Assembly: GCA_937911665.1 (NCBI GenBank) | Contig: CALDQB010000039.1 | Span: 14,601-78,600, forward strand | Origin: an uncultured Clostridia bacterium | Lineage (GTDB): Bacteria > Bacillota > Clostridia > Monoglobales > Monoglobaceae | Length of the DNA: 64,000 nt | Reading direction: 5' to 3' | Part shown: positions 1 to 9,753 of the stretch, piece by piece | Layout of the letters: the number at the start of each line of letters is the position of its first letter | Position numbering within the stretch: position 1 is the first letter of the stretch | Program-made: the position numbers and the translations under genes | The notes under the pieces: generated by a model | Told to the model about the DNA's origin: nothing | The model's input: the letters and a program-made list of their open reading frames with translations, nothing else | The model's database searches: none

Positions 1-1855
1 TTCCCAAAAATTCACCGGGGCCGCGGATTTCCAAATCCTTTTCTGAAATTTTAAATCCGTCGTTGGTCTCACACATAATTTTCATACGCTCTGCTACAGC
101 GCCCCCTGTCGTCGAATAGAGCATTATGCAATAAGAGTCGTGTTTTCCTCTGCCTACTCTTCCTCGCAGCTGATGGAGCTGTGAAAGCCCGAATCTCTCG
201 GCATTTTCTATCACCATAACGGTTGCATTGGGCACATCGACGCCAACCTCGACTACCGTTGTGGAAACCAGAGCCTCTATCTCACCTGCACTGAATTTTG
301 CCATAATTTCATCCTTTTCAGCAGGCTTCATTCGACCATGCAAAACGGCAATTTTTCTGTTTTTATATGCGCCTTTTTTAAGTTCGGCTATATATTCCTC
401 TACCGCAATTGCGTCTATCGCCTCGGACTCTTCTATGAGCGGACATATAAAATACGCCTGTCTGCCCTCATCCAATTTTCCAAGCACAAAATTCTCAACC
501 TTTTTACGCTGACTCTCTGATACCGCCATTGTTGAAACGGGCTTTCTGCCGGGCGGAAGCTCGTCTATAACAGATATGTCAAGGTCACCGTACAAAATAA
601 GCGAGAGCGTTCTCGGTATCGGGGTCGCAGTCATAATAAGGGTGTGTACATTGCCGCGGTCGCTGAGTGCCGTTCTCTGTCTTACACCAAACCTATGTTG
701 CTCGTCGGTTATGGCAAGCGCCAGATTGGGAATTTGCACCTTCCCGGTAATGAGCGCATGAGTTCCTATAACCACTCTTGCCTCTCCGCTTGAAATAAGC
801 TCAATATTTTTCTTGCGCTCTGCCGCATTTTGACTTCCCGATATATATGCCGTCTTTATCGAAAAAGGTTCAAAAAGCTTCGTAAGCGTTATATAATGCT
901 GCTTTGCAAGAACTTCTGTCGGTGCCATCATAACGGCAGTATATTCCGCCTTAACGGTGGCATACATAGCCGCTGCCGCAACCACAGTTTTTCCCGAGCC
1001 TACGTCACCCTGCACAAGTCTGTTCATCGGCACTGCTTTTTTAATGTCTGCTGATATTTCATTTATAACTCGTTTCTGCGCATTCGTAAGCTCAAAGGGT
1101 AATCCCCTTGCAAAATCTGCGATACATTTTACATCGAATATCTGTGGTGCAATTCTCTCCTTTTTATATGTTTTTGCAGATGCTATGCCCGTCTGCAAAA
1201 TTAGGAATTCTTCAAATGCAAGAGTTTTCCTTGCCTCTTCAAAGGCATCAAAGCTCTCTGGCGAATGGATGGTACGTATCGCAGAATCTGCATCCATAAT
1301 GCCGTACTTATCTCTTATTTTTTGAGGAACAATATCCTTTACTCTTTCATCAAGTCCGCAAAGAGCCGCATCCACCGCCGCCCTGATATGTTGCTGCGTA
1401 AGGCCTTTTGTGCAAGGGTAAATCGGAACAATCTTGCCTGTCTTTGTTCCCTCTGCTCCCTCTGCTTCTATGAGCGGGTTTACCATTTCCAGAAGCATTC
1501 CGCGTCTGTTTACTTTGCCGAAAAATGTGAATGTTTCTCCGCCCGAGAGCGCCTTTTGCACATAAGGAGCGTTAAACCATGTCAGATTTAAAATTCCTGT
1601 ACCGTCGGACACGCGCGTCTGAACAACCCTTGCACCCGTTCTTGCGCGAAACATACGCACTCCGCCTGCAAGCGTTGCTCTTACACAAACACTCTCGCCC
1701 TCTTCTATTTCACAAATCTCTCTTATATCCGTTCTGTCTTCATAGGCCCTTGGCAGATACCTTAAAAGCTCCCCTATATTGAACACGCCAAGCTTATTAA
1801 AAAGCTCGGCGCGTTTTGAACCTATTCCTTTAAGATAACGGATGTCGGTACTCAT
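1..1855 (-). CDS. recG: ATP-dependent DNA helicase RecG (N-terminal ~618 codons; C-terminus runs off the left edge)
   Basis: Not in the ORF track because no stop lies inside the window. Manual minus-strand translation from ATG at 1853-1855 gives MSTDIRYLKGIGSKRAELFNKLGV. Walker A GDVGSGKT (~986-1009), DEQHRFG box (~686-706), TATPIPRT. Frame is open to base 1. The + strand ORFs at 228-1591 are antisense artefacts. Confidence 0.9.
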   Translation of the reverse strand, partial: MSTDIRYLKGIGSKRAELFNKLGVFNIGELLRYLPRAYEDRTDIREICEIEEGESVCVRATLAGGVRMFRARTGARVVQTRVSDGTGILNLTWFNAPYVQKALSGGETFTFFGKVNRRGMLLEMVNPLIEAEGAEGTKTGKIVPIYPCTKGLTQQHIRAAVDAALCGLDERVKDIVPQKIRDKYGIMDADSAIRTIHSPESFDAFEEARKTLAFEEFLILQTGIASAKTYKKERIAPQIFDVKCIADFARGLPFELTNAQKRVINEISADIKKAVPMNRLVQGDVGSGKTVVAAAAMYATVKAEYTAVMMAPTEVLAKQHYITLTKLFEPFSIKTAYISGSQNAAERKKNIELISSGEARVVIGTHALITGKVQIPNLALAITDEQHRFGVRQRTALSDRGNVHTLIMTATPIPRTLSLILYGDLDISVIDELPPGRKPVSTMAVSESQRKKVENFVLGKLDEGRQAYFICPLIEESEAIDAIAVEEYIAELKKGAYKNRKIAVLHGRMKPAEKDEIMAKFSAGEIEALVSTTVVEVGVDVPNATVMVIENAERFGLSQLHQLRGRVGRGKHDSYCIMLYSTTGGAVAERMKIMCETNDGFKISEKDLEIRGPGEFLG

Positions 1856-1884
1856 ATCAAGCATAACCGCACCATCTCTCCGAA

Positions 1885-3510
1885 TTATTCTACTGCTATC
1901 ATATAATAGTAAACAGGCTGACCGCCGTAAACTACCGCTACATCAATATCATTATGCTTTTCTGCAACAACGTCTGCAAGAGCGTTTGCCGTTTCTTCAT
2001 CGGTGTCTGCTCCGTAATAGAGAGTGACAATTGCTGTTTCCTCATCTACCATAGCCTCTATAAGCTCTTCAGTAACGGAATTTAAATCTCCGCCTATGTT
2101 GTTTATATCACTGCCGAGCATACCCATTACGTCGCCCTCGTGTATTTCAAATCCGTTTACCGATGAATCGCGTGCCGCAAATGTAACCTGTCCGCTTTTA
2201 ACTGTTGCCATCATTTCTTTCATTGCCTCGGTGTTTGCATCCACCTCTGCTTCGGCATCAAAAGCCAGCATTGCTGAAATTCCCTGCGGAATGTTCTTGG
2301 TGGGAATAACAATTACATTCTTGTCGCTTATATCGTTTACCTGCTCTGCCGCAAGAATTATATTCTTGTTGTTAGGCAATATATAAACTGTTTCTGCAGG
2401 AACTTTAGAAACTGCATCGAGCAAGTCCTGAGTACTCGGATTCATAGTTTGTCCGCCCTCAACGATATTGTCAACATTGATGCTCTTAAACACCTCCGAG
2501 AGTCCTTCGCCCGCCGATACGGCTACAACGCCGTATTTCTTAAGCTCAACAGGAGCCTCTTCTTTTGCTGCCTCTTCTTCCATATTCTCGCTGTGCTGGT
2601 ACTTCATATTATCCACTTTGATGTTGATAAGCTCACCCAATTTGAGTGCCTGCTCCATTACAAAGCCCGGATGGTTCGTGTGGATATGTACCTTAACGAT
2701 ATCCTCATCTGATATAACCAACATACAATCACCCTTGGGCGATATTGCGGCTTCAAATTGATTTGTCTGTCTGTCGGGCGAGGATTTCTGTATAATAAAT
2801 TCTGTGCAATACTGGAACTTTATATCTACATCCCCAGCAGTGCCAGACACCGCTTTTGCAGCCACAACACCCAAGCCGTCTTTAGCTTCCATTACCTTGC
2901 CTTCGCGCAGAACATATGCCGCGCCCTCAATCAAAGTAACTACTCCCGCTCCGCCTGCATCTACAACGCCTGCCTGCTTGAGTACGGGCAAAATTTCGGG
3001 GGTTCTGGCAAGACTCTCCTTACAAGCATTTAAGATAGCAAAGAAAAACTCTGCTGCATCTTCAAAATCCTGATAATTCTCCTCTGCAAACTCAGCTCCC
3101 TCACGGATAACTGTGAGGATTGTTCCCTCTGTCGGTTTCATTACCGCTCTGTATGCTGTATCGCGGCTTCCGCATATCGCATCTTTCAAATCCGCAACGG
3201 TGATTTCCTCTTTATCCCCAAGAACACCCGCAACACCTCTGAGTATCTGCGAAAGAATTACGCCCGAGTTACCTCTTGCGTTTCGAAGCGATGCCTTAGC
3301 AAGAGCAGATATCATCGCTCCCGCTGTTTTATTCTCCTCCGCAAGTGCAGCACCTGCCGCACCGCTGAAGGTAAGTCCCATATTTGTTCCTGTATCACCA
3401 TCCGGAACAGGAAAGACATTCAGGTCGTTCAATGCCTTTTTGTTATTCTGCAAATTATTCGAGGCAGACTCAATCATCATCCGCACTTCGCTTACGTTTA
3501 TATTTCTCAC
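1885..3510 (-). CDS. yloV: DAK2/DhaL-domain fusion protein, YloV family
   Basis: 541 aa. DhaL-type motif VFPVPDGDTGTNM near the N-terminus. Conserved Firmicute order asp23-yloV-recG. Confidence 0.9.
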   Translation of the reverse strand: MRNINVSEVRMMIESASNNLQNNKKALNDLNVFPVPDGDTGTNMGLTFSGAAGAALAEENKTAGAMISALAKASLRNARGNSGVILSQILRGVAGVLGDKEEITVADLKDAICGSRDTAYRAVMKPTEGTILTVIREGAEFAEENYQDFEDAAEFFFAILNACKESLARTPEILPVLKQAGVVDAGGAGVVTLIEGAAYVLREGKVMEAKDGLGVVAAKAVSGTAGDVDIKFQYCTEFIIQKSSPDRQTNQFEAAISPKGDCMLVISDEDIVKVHIHTNHPGFVMEQALKLGELINIKVDNMKYQHSENMEEEAAKEEAPVELKKYGVVAVSAGEGLSEVFKSINVDNIVEGGQTMNPSTQDLLDAVSKVPAETVYILPNNKNIILAAEQVNDISDKNVIVIPTKNIPQGISAMLAFDAEAEVDANTEAMKEMMATVKSGQVTFAARDSSVNGFEIHEGDVMGMLGSDINNIGGDLNSVTEELIEAMVDEETAIVTLYYGADTDEETANALADVVAEKHNDIDVAVVYGGQPVYYYMIAVE

Positions 3511-3536
3511 TGTTTTTCCTCCTCGGAGCTATTCTG

Positions 3537-3893
3537 CTATTTATTGACGCGGATGCTCTCTACGTTGACTGTTACTGAACCTACTTTAAGACCTGTTGTC
3601 TCTTCAACACGATAAGCTACATTACTCTTTATTATATCTCCCACCGTGCTGACATTAACTCCATATTCCATTATAACATACAAAGTAAGGTCTACCGTGT
3701 TGCCCACAACCTTTACCTTTGTTCCTTTATCCATATTCTCAAGCTTTAAAAGCTTGGCAAGCCCATCCTTGCCCGAGCGAGCAGCCATTCCTACTACGCC
3801 GTAGCATTTTGTTGCCTCATATCCCGCAAGATTTGCTATTACGTTATTGGATATTTTTATCGTACCCTTTTCGTTCTTTATCTCTGCTGCCAT
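3537..3893 (-). CDS. Asp23/Gls24 family alkaline-shock protein
   Basis: 118 aa. GTIKISNNVIANLAGYEATKCYGVVGM is typical of Asp23. Lies directly upstream of yloV. Confidence 0.85.
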   Translation of the reverse strand: MAAEIKNEKGTIKISNNVIANLAGYEATKCYGVVGMAARSGKDGLAKLLKLENMDKGTKVKVVGNTVDLTLYVIMEYGVNVSTVGDIIKSNVAYRVEETTGLKVGSVTVNVESIRVNK

Positions 3894-3924
3894 TTTTATT
3901 CTCCTTTCGGTTTTACATTTATGT

Positions 3925-5982
3925 TTACTGCATATTTACTATATGTATACCTCTCTCCTCTGCATTATCTCTGTCAAAAGAATGACAAGTAAAAATAAGT
4001 GCCTGACGCAGAGTCGAAATCGTTTTCAGAAAATCAAGAGCAGATGCGGCACGCTCATCATCATATACCGTCAAAATATCGTCAAGGAAAAGCGGTGCGC
4101 CTCCTCCTATGAGCTCTGCCGACGCAATTCTGAGGGCAAAATACAACTGCTCATAAGTTCCGCAGCTTAAGTATTCCGCCTCAATCGGAGCGCCGTCATT
4201 ATATACTCTCATTCGGTAATCCTCTGAAACCTTAACTTCATTATACCTTCCAGATGTTAAATAGTCAACAATTTCATTTACTCTGTTGTTAAGGGCGGGT
4301 GCAAAATTTCTTCGCCATTCATCGCCTGCACGGCGGATGCCGTCTTCTGCCGCTTCGATTATTTCCATACGCCGCAAGCATTCCTGCATTTCGCTCTCAA
4401 CCAAGAACAGCTCTGTCTCAATATCTGCAGGGGTAAGCTCGATTTTCACATCATATGCCATCTTGCTTTCAAGTCCCCTTATCTCTGATACAAGCTCTAT
4501 CTGGCGTTTTCTTTTTTTATCAAGAAGCTCCTCTGTTTCCTCTATGGGAAGAATATCGGTCATATCCAAACTTCCGACAAGCCCTTTTAAATCATCATAA
4601 CTGTCCTCGCCCAAAAAGCCTTTTTTTGCATTTTCAAGACTTGCTGCGATTTCTGCCTGTCCGCACGCTCGGTTATAGAGCATCATCAAATCCGCCGCCG
4701 AAGACACCCCAAACTTTGAAAGAGTTTTGTCTTTTTCCTCTTCAAGCTCTTTCAGCTCTGCCTGAAGCTTCTGTCCGTCAGTTTCCATCTTTATCTGTAT
4801 ATTTTTGCAGTTTATTGCCGTTTTTATTCCGACAAAGCCGCATACTGCAGATATTACCAAAACTGCCATAGCGATTACTGTCGCTATATAGTTTGCATTT
4901 ATTCCAAAAAATATTGCTGCAAAAAGAGCGATTACAGCAGCCACAATTCCGCCGCCTGCCATCATTGATATAGCGGTGCTCTTTTTTATATTTTTTTCTT
5001 TTTCTTCTTTTAAACTGTTTTCTGCCAAAGCCTTGACTTTATCCAGCTTCTCTTCTGTCTCAAACATTTTATTGACGTCTTCCTCGGAAAGCCCGAGTCC
5101 TTTGATATAATCATCGCTGTTATATATCTTTTCAAGCTTTTGAGTACATTCATCAATATTCTTAATTCTCTCCTTGACCGCCGCCAGACGCTCTGCCTCA
5201 CGGCTTTTCTTAAAGCTCTCCTCAAGCTTTGAAATCTCAACCGAAAGCTCTCTCTGCTCATTCTTTGCGGCAGAAATCATCTCTTCTGTCTTTTCGGTTT
5301 GAGCAAGCCTTGTACCAAGCTCATATTTGGCACGGCGCAGTTCCTCTTTTCGCTCTGTAAGAATATCAATTCTGCCCTTTGCACTTCTGCCGTCACCTGC
5401 TTTAAGACGCCGTTTTTCTCGCCTCAACAGCGAGAGCGCCGACTCTACCGAGATATTCTCATCTGCGCCTGACTGCAGGTTCATAAGTCTTGCGGTCAAT
5501 TCTTCATCGCTTCCGTCTATTAAAACTCCGCCCTGACGTATCCACATTGTCTTTTCAAAAACTCCACACGGAATTCCAATCAGCTCTTCGCCAATATTCT
5601 CACCAAAATCATTGATAAGCTCACCCGATATCGCATCGCGTATCTCGGTCTTATCCCCCGACGCAGTCTTTCCAAAGCGTCTGTATATCTCTATACTGCG
5701 CCCGTCTGTACGAAGCCTCATTATTCCTTCGGCACGTACAGAATTCCACGGAATAGCTCTCTCCCTCTCTTTAAGGCTCTCACCCTTACTCTTTCGGGTC
5801 GGCATTCCGTAAAGCATCGCCTTTATAAAAAGCTGAATTGTGGACTTTCCCGCTTCGTTTTTTCCATATATCAAATTGAGTCCTGATTCAAAATTTATTT
5901 TAAATCCGTCAAATTTTCCAAACTTTATCAGTTGTAATTCCTCAATCACAACTTTCCCTGAAGCATTTGAAGATGTCATCAT
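3925..5982 (-). CDS. Rad50/SbcC-like AAA ATPase (YhaN-like) with a central two-helix membrane hairpin
   Basis: 685 aa. Walker A GKNEAGKST, C-terminal Walker B-like LFLDDILTVYDD, long E/K/L-rich coiled-coil stretches. Residues ~338-386 are hydrophobic (GGGIVAAVIALFAAIFFGI, IATVIAMAVLVISAVCGFVGI). 4-bp ATGA overlap with the upstream nuclease gene. Confidence 0.8.
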   Translation of the reverse strand: MMTSSNASGKVVIEELQLIKFGKFDGFKINFESGLNLIYGKNEAGKSTIQLFIKAMLYGMPTRKSKGESLKERERAIPWNSVRAEGIMRLRTDGRSIEIYRRFGKTASGDKTEIRDAISGELINDFGENIGEELIGIPCGVFEKTMWIRQGGVLIDGSDEELTARLMNLQSGADENISVESALSLLRREKRRLKAGDGRSAKGRIDILTERKEELRRAKYELGTRLAQTEKTEEMISAAKNEQRELSVEISKLEESFKKSREAERLAAVKERIKNIDECTQKLEKIYNSDDYIKGLGLSEEDVNKMFETEEKLDKVKALAENSLKEEKEKNIKKSTAISMMAGGGIVAAVIALFAAIFFGINANYIATVIAMAVLVISAVCGFVGIKTAINCKNIQIKMETDGQKLQAELKELEEEKDKTLSKFGVSSAADLMMLYNRACGQAEIAASLENAKKGFLGEDSYDDLKGLVGSLDMTDILPIEETEELLDKKRKRQIELVSEIRGLESKMAYDVKIELTPADIETELFLVESEMQECLRRMEIIEAAEDGIRRAGDEWRRNFAPALNNRVNEIVDYLTSGRYNEVKVSEDYRMRVYNDGAPIEAEYLSCGTYEQLYFALRIASAELIGGGAPLFLDDILTVYDDERAASALDFLKTISTLRQALIFTCHSFDRDNAEERGIHIVNMQ

Positions 5983-7070
5983 ATGTCACCTCCAAGTAAC
6001 GCCTCAAGCCCTAAAAGTATTGCATCTTCTGTCAGTTCACTGTCTGCGTCATTGCTTTTCATAATTCTCACAAACTCACCGCAGATGGTGTTTTGCTTTG
6101 CAATTGAATCTATATCGTAATCGTTTTTTGTTTCGTCACGGAGCTCGAGATAATTGATATCTCTCCCCGCCTCTTCTTTTACTATGTCGGTGCTCAAAAA
6201 TCCCGACTTTATTCTGCCCTTTAAAATAATTCTGTACATATCCTCGTAACTTCCGGCTTTCAAAATGGCGTCACGAACGATTTCTGCCGCACCGAAATTA
6301 TCTTCCGCACCGCTTATGTCAACCTCTGCACGATACATTCTGCGGATGCAGGCTCTTTCAAACTTAATGTCTGCTACGCCGTTTTCAACTGTGCCTGTAT
6401 AAAAACCCATATCCCCGCACTCATCAAAGCCTCTGCCCTCGGGGGAACCCGGATAGGCATAGTATGTTTCTCCGCATCTTTCAATTTCTGTTCTTTTATG
6501 GATGTGACCGAGAGCAAGATAATCCGCTCCGCACTTTTCGATAAATTCTTTATCTATTTGATTATAGCGGCTCTCTGCTCCCTTTGATGTAAGGTCGGCA
6601 TGAACAAGAATTATATCGGTTACGCCGTCTTTCTTCTCTATCTGCGGAAAGGTTATTCTGTTATCACAAAAGCTCTCCGAAAAGCTCGCGCCAAACACCC
6701 TTGTCCTAAGCTCAGTCAGCTCTACACACTCCGCCGCGGTCGAAAAAACGTGAACATTTTCGCCCAAATCCTCGGTTGCATAAACCGAGGTCGGTGTATA
6801 TGCGTCGTGGTTTCCTGCGGCTATAAAAACTCTTGTGTTTTTTATTTCCGCAAACTTTCTCTTTAAAAAAGAAACTGTTTCTGCCGACACAGATGCACCA
6901 TCGAACAAATCGCCCGCAATCAAAAGTATATCAACCTCTTTTGCGCGGTCGAGTATGCCCGACAGACAGCGAAGAACCTCTGCGCGACGCAGCTTTGCCC
7001 GTTGCGCATCAAAATGTGCAGAAAAAGCAGAATCTAAATGGATATCCGCAATATGCAATATTTTCGGCAT
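5979..7070 (-). CDS. SbcD/Mre11-like metallophosphoesterase (YhaO-like DNA repair exonuclease)
   Basis: 363 aa. Calcineurin-like phosphoesterase motifs ILHIADIHLD, GDLFD, GNHD, LALGHIH. Confidence 0.85.
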   Translation of the reverse strand: MPKILHIADIHLDSAFSAHFDAQRAKLRRAEVLRCLSGILDRAKEVDILLIAGDLFDGASVSAETVSFLKRKFAEIKNTRVFIAAGNHDAYTPTSVYATEDLGENVHVFSTAAECVELTELRTRVFGASFSESFCDNRITFPQIEKKDGVTDIILVHADLTSKGAESRYNQIDKEFIEKCGADYLALGHIHKRTEIERCGETYYAYPGSPEGRGFDECGDMGFYTGTVENGVADIKFERACIRRMYRAEVDISGAEDNFGAAEIVRDAILKAGSYEDMYRIILKGRIKSGFLSTDIVKEEAGRDINYLELRDETKNDYDIDSIAKQNTICGEFVRIMKSNDADSELTEDAILLGLEALLGGDI

Positions 7071-7114
7071 TGGCCCTCACCTCTTTCGGCTTTAAAACAG
7101 TTTCGGTCCGCTTC

Positions 7115-7852
7115 TTATTCTTCCTCGGGCATCTCCCAAGTATGATAAACGTTCTGCACGTCATCATTCTCTTCGAGCATATCGATGAGCTTTTCCATCT
7201 TCTTGATGTCGTCTTCGCTCTCTAAAACAGTTGTTGTCTGCGGTATATAGTTAATCTCCGCCTGAACAAAGTTATAGCCCGCCTTATCAAGAGCGTCACG
7301 TGTACTGCTGAAATCCTCGGGAGCGGTCATTATCTCGTAGCATTCGTCCTCTACGTTGAAATCCTCTGCCCCCGCATCGAGTGCGTCCATCATAAGTGTA
7401 TCTTCGTCAATCCCGTCTGCCTTTTCAATAACAATCATACCCTTGCGGTCAAACATAAAGCCTACGCAACCCGTCTGACCGAGGTTTCCGCCGTTTTTAT
7501 CAAAGTAATGGCGCAAATCCCCCGCAGTTCTGTTCTTGTTATCCGTAAGTGTTTCTACTATTACGGCAATACCGCTCGGGCCATAGCCCTCGTAAACCAT
7601 TTCAAAATATTCGTTGGTGCTTCCCTCGCCCGATGCTTTTTTGATGCTTCTCTGAATGTTATCGTTCGGCATATTGTTTGCTTTTGCCTTTGCAATAACG
7701 TCTCTGAGCTTTGAGTTACTGTCGGGGTCAGGGCCTCCCTCCTTAACCGCAACCATAAGCTCACGGCCGATTTTGGTAAAAATCTTTCCGCGCTTTGCGT
7801 CGATTGCGCCTTTCTTTCTTTTAATGGTAGCCCATTTCGAATGTCCTGACAT
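7115..7852 (-). CDS. yebC: YebC/PmpR family DNA-binding transcriptional regulator
   Basis: 245 aa. Hallmark N-terminus [27 protein letters not shown]. Confidence 0.95.
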   Translation of the reverse strand: MSGHSKWATIKRKKGAIDAKRGKIFTKIGRELMVAVKEGGPDPDSNSKLRDVIAKAKANNMPNDNIQRSIKKASGEGSTNEYFEMVYEGYGPSGIAVIVETLTDNKNRTAGDLRHYFDKNGGNLGQTGCVGFMFDRKGMIVIEKADGIDEDTLMMDALDAGAEDFNVEDECYEIMTAPEDFSSTRDALDKAGYNFVQAEINYIPQTTTVLESEDDIKKMEKLIDMLEENDDVQNVYHTWEMPEEE

Positions 7853-7907
7853 AAATGAAAAACCTCCTGAATTTTACTTCTCTTTCGCGAATTCTTTATT
7901 GTTAAAT

Positions 7908-8366
7908 CTAATACGAACGCTTGTATCCGCCGCTTCGCTTTCCTTCGTTACTGCGCTTTAAATCCTGAAACTTCTCGTCGCTGTCCTGCTTGAACTTCTG
8001 AAGCATATCGTCAAAGCTCATCTCAACATTTTTTCTCCCAAAATCGAATTCTTCAGGCGGACGCTTTGGCCCCTTTTCCTCCTGCTTGCGCGGTTGCCTC
8101 TTTGAAGGGGCGCGCTTTGCCGGCTTCTCGAAATTTTCTGCGGCTTGCTTTATGGACAAGCTAATCTTTCCGTTATCTGCGCCTATAACCTTTACCTTGA
8201 CAACGTCGCCCTCTTTGAGGTGTTGGCTGATGTCGCTGACATAATCGTTAGATATTTCCGAAATATGTACAAGTCCCGTCTTTCCACCGTCCAGCTCAAC
8301 AAACGCACCAAACGCCGCAATTCCTGTAACCTTTCCTTCCAATACTGTTCCTACTTGAACCTGCAT
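7908..8366 (-). CDS. yabR: S1 RNA-binding domain protein (YabR-like)
   Basis: 152 aa. S1 fold sequence GTVLEGKVTGIAAFGAFVELDGGKTGLVHISEIS plus a charged tail. Position after divIC as in B. subtilis. Confidence 0.8.
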   Translation of the reverse strand: MQVQVGTVLEGKVTGIAAFGAFVELDGGKTGLVHISEISNDYVSDISQHLKEGDVVKVKVIGADNGKISLSIKQAAENFEKPAKRAPSKRQPRKQEEKGPKRPPEEFDFGRKNVEMSFDDMLQKFKQDSDEKFQDLKRSNEGKRSGGYKRSY

Positions 8367-8428
8367 AATTTTTGCATTTTCCTTCCTTGAGGAATTTTCC
8401 TCTTATGTATAATTTGTAATTATAATTC

Positions 8429-8752
8429 TCACTCGCCGCTCTTGTTAGAGTCCACAAACACACGCTCATTCGGGAAGACAAGTCCCAGCTCTTCTCTTGC
8501 GAAACGCTCTATATAATCGGGGTCGCTCAGGCTTTCTATCTGCTGCTTGAGCTCCTCTGACTGAGCGGTTGCCTCTGCAATGTTCTGCTCGAGAACCTCT
8601 ATCTCCTTCTGTTTTTGGTTTATCATGGTCTGTTGCCATACCATAACATAGATAAAATATGCCGCCGCGAGAAGCAATACTGTTGCGATTATTATTTTCT
8701 TAAGATTGTGTTTGCGCGGAGATTTCCCCTTTTTGTTGCTCTTTTCAGGCAT
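8429..8752 (-). CDS. divIC: Septum formation initiator, DivIC/FtsB family
   Basis: Bitopic: basic N-terminus, one TM (IIIATVLLLAAAYFIYVMV), coiled coil. Lies between yabQ and yabR. Start placed at ATG 8752 behind GAGAGGTGA (ORF track start 8767). Confidence 0.75.
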   Translation of the reverse strand: MPEKSNKKGKSPRKHNLKKIIIATVLLLAAAYFIYVMVWQQTMINQKQKEIEVLEQNIAEATAQSEELKQQIESLSDPDYIERFAREELGLVFPNERVFVDSNKSGE

Positions 8753-8885
8753 ATTATCACCTCTCAAGCCGTTCTTTATCTGTTTGAAAACAAAAATACC
8801 CTAATCATATACTACTTAATTATATACTATATAATTATATTTGTCAATCGCCGCAAACACAAATTAAATCAACAATTTGCGCCAT

Positions 8886-9350
8886 TTATTCTGTCCCTTT
8901 TTTGATACTTTTTAACATTTTTCCCGACGCTCTCTTCATGCATATCCGAGCAGTCACAAAAATGGGTTTTCCTATTGCCGCAACAACTACCCTCAAGGGA
9001 ATAATCAATGCCCGGAAAACCCTTTTGATACATTTTGAAATAAGCTCATACAAAAGCACTATCAATTTTACTGCCCGCATGCCCAAAGTCCATCTGTATA
9101 CTGCAAAGCCTAAAACCGTGCTTAAAAGTCCGTAAATTCTTATCTGCCCGTTATTCATCACATACGCGACGACGATTGCCGCTACGCCCGATGCGGCAAG
9201 GAATAATATATCCTCTGCATTTACGATTATATCGCTTGTCTTAATTATCAGGCGGCTGACTCGAAGCAAATCATAAGCCGCCCCCAGAATTATCCCCAAG
9301 CCAAGCGAAAATATAAAATACCAGGGATATGGTCCATATATTACTTCCAT
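8886..9350 (-). CDS. yabQ: Spore cortex biosynthesis membrane protein YabQ
   Basis: ~154 aa multi-TM protein immediately downstream of yabP. Start at ATG 9350 behind GGGTGAGAG. Confidence 0.7.
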   Translation of the reverse strand: MEVIYGPYPWYFIFSLGLGIILGAAYDLLRVSRLIIKTSDIIVNAEDILFLAASGVAAIVVAYVMNNGQIRIYGLLSTVLGFAVYRWTLGMRAVKLIVLLYELISKCIKRVFRALIIPLRVVVAAIGKPIFVTARICMKRASGKMLKSIKKGTE

Positions 9351-9371
9351 ACTCTCACCCATTGTATCATT

Positions 9372-9644
9372 CTACTTAAACAGTCTGCCGAAAAAGCCTC
9401 CGCTCTTATTGTCGCGGACCGTGTCACTATATTCGATTTCATCTATTTCACCCTCTATCACAAGCTGTCCGTCGTCTACGTTGAGTCTGCTTATCCGAAA
9501 ATCCGCTCCCGTGACTGTCATTGTTCCCATCTGTGTTATCACTACTACCTTTTCTTCATCAAAGCTTTCAACATCGTCAACCCCGCTTATTGTAAGCTTC
9601 TCTCTGTTTTCAAGAATTACTTTATGGTTTTTTGTCTCTTCCAT
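9372..9644 (-). CDS. yabP: Sporulation protein YabP
   Basis: KVILENREKLTISGVDDVESFDEEKVVV...VTGADFRISRLNVDDGQLVIEGEI matches the YabP family. Start at ATG 9644 behind GAGGTGA. Confidence 0.85.
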   Translation of the reverse strand: MEETKNHKVILENREKLTISGVDDVESFDEEKVVVITQMGTMTVTGADFRISRLNVDDGQLVIEGEIDEIEYSDTVRDNKSGGFFGRLFK

Positions 9645-9753
9645 AAATCTCACCTCACAAAATTATCCGATATACCTATCCATATTCACTTTCTTTTGAT
9701 AATATGAGCCTTAATAAAATCCCGACGCAGTTTTAAAATTGCGTCGGGATTTT

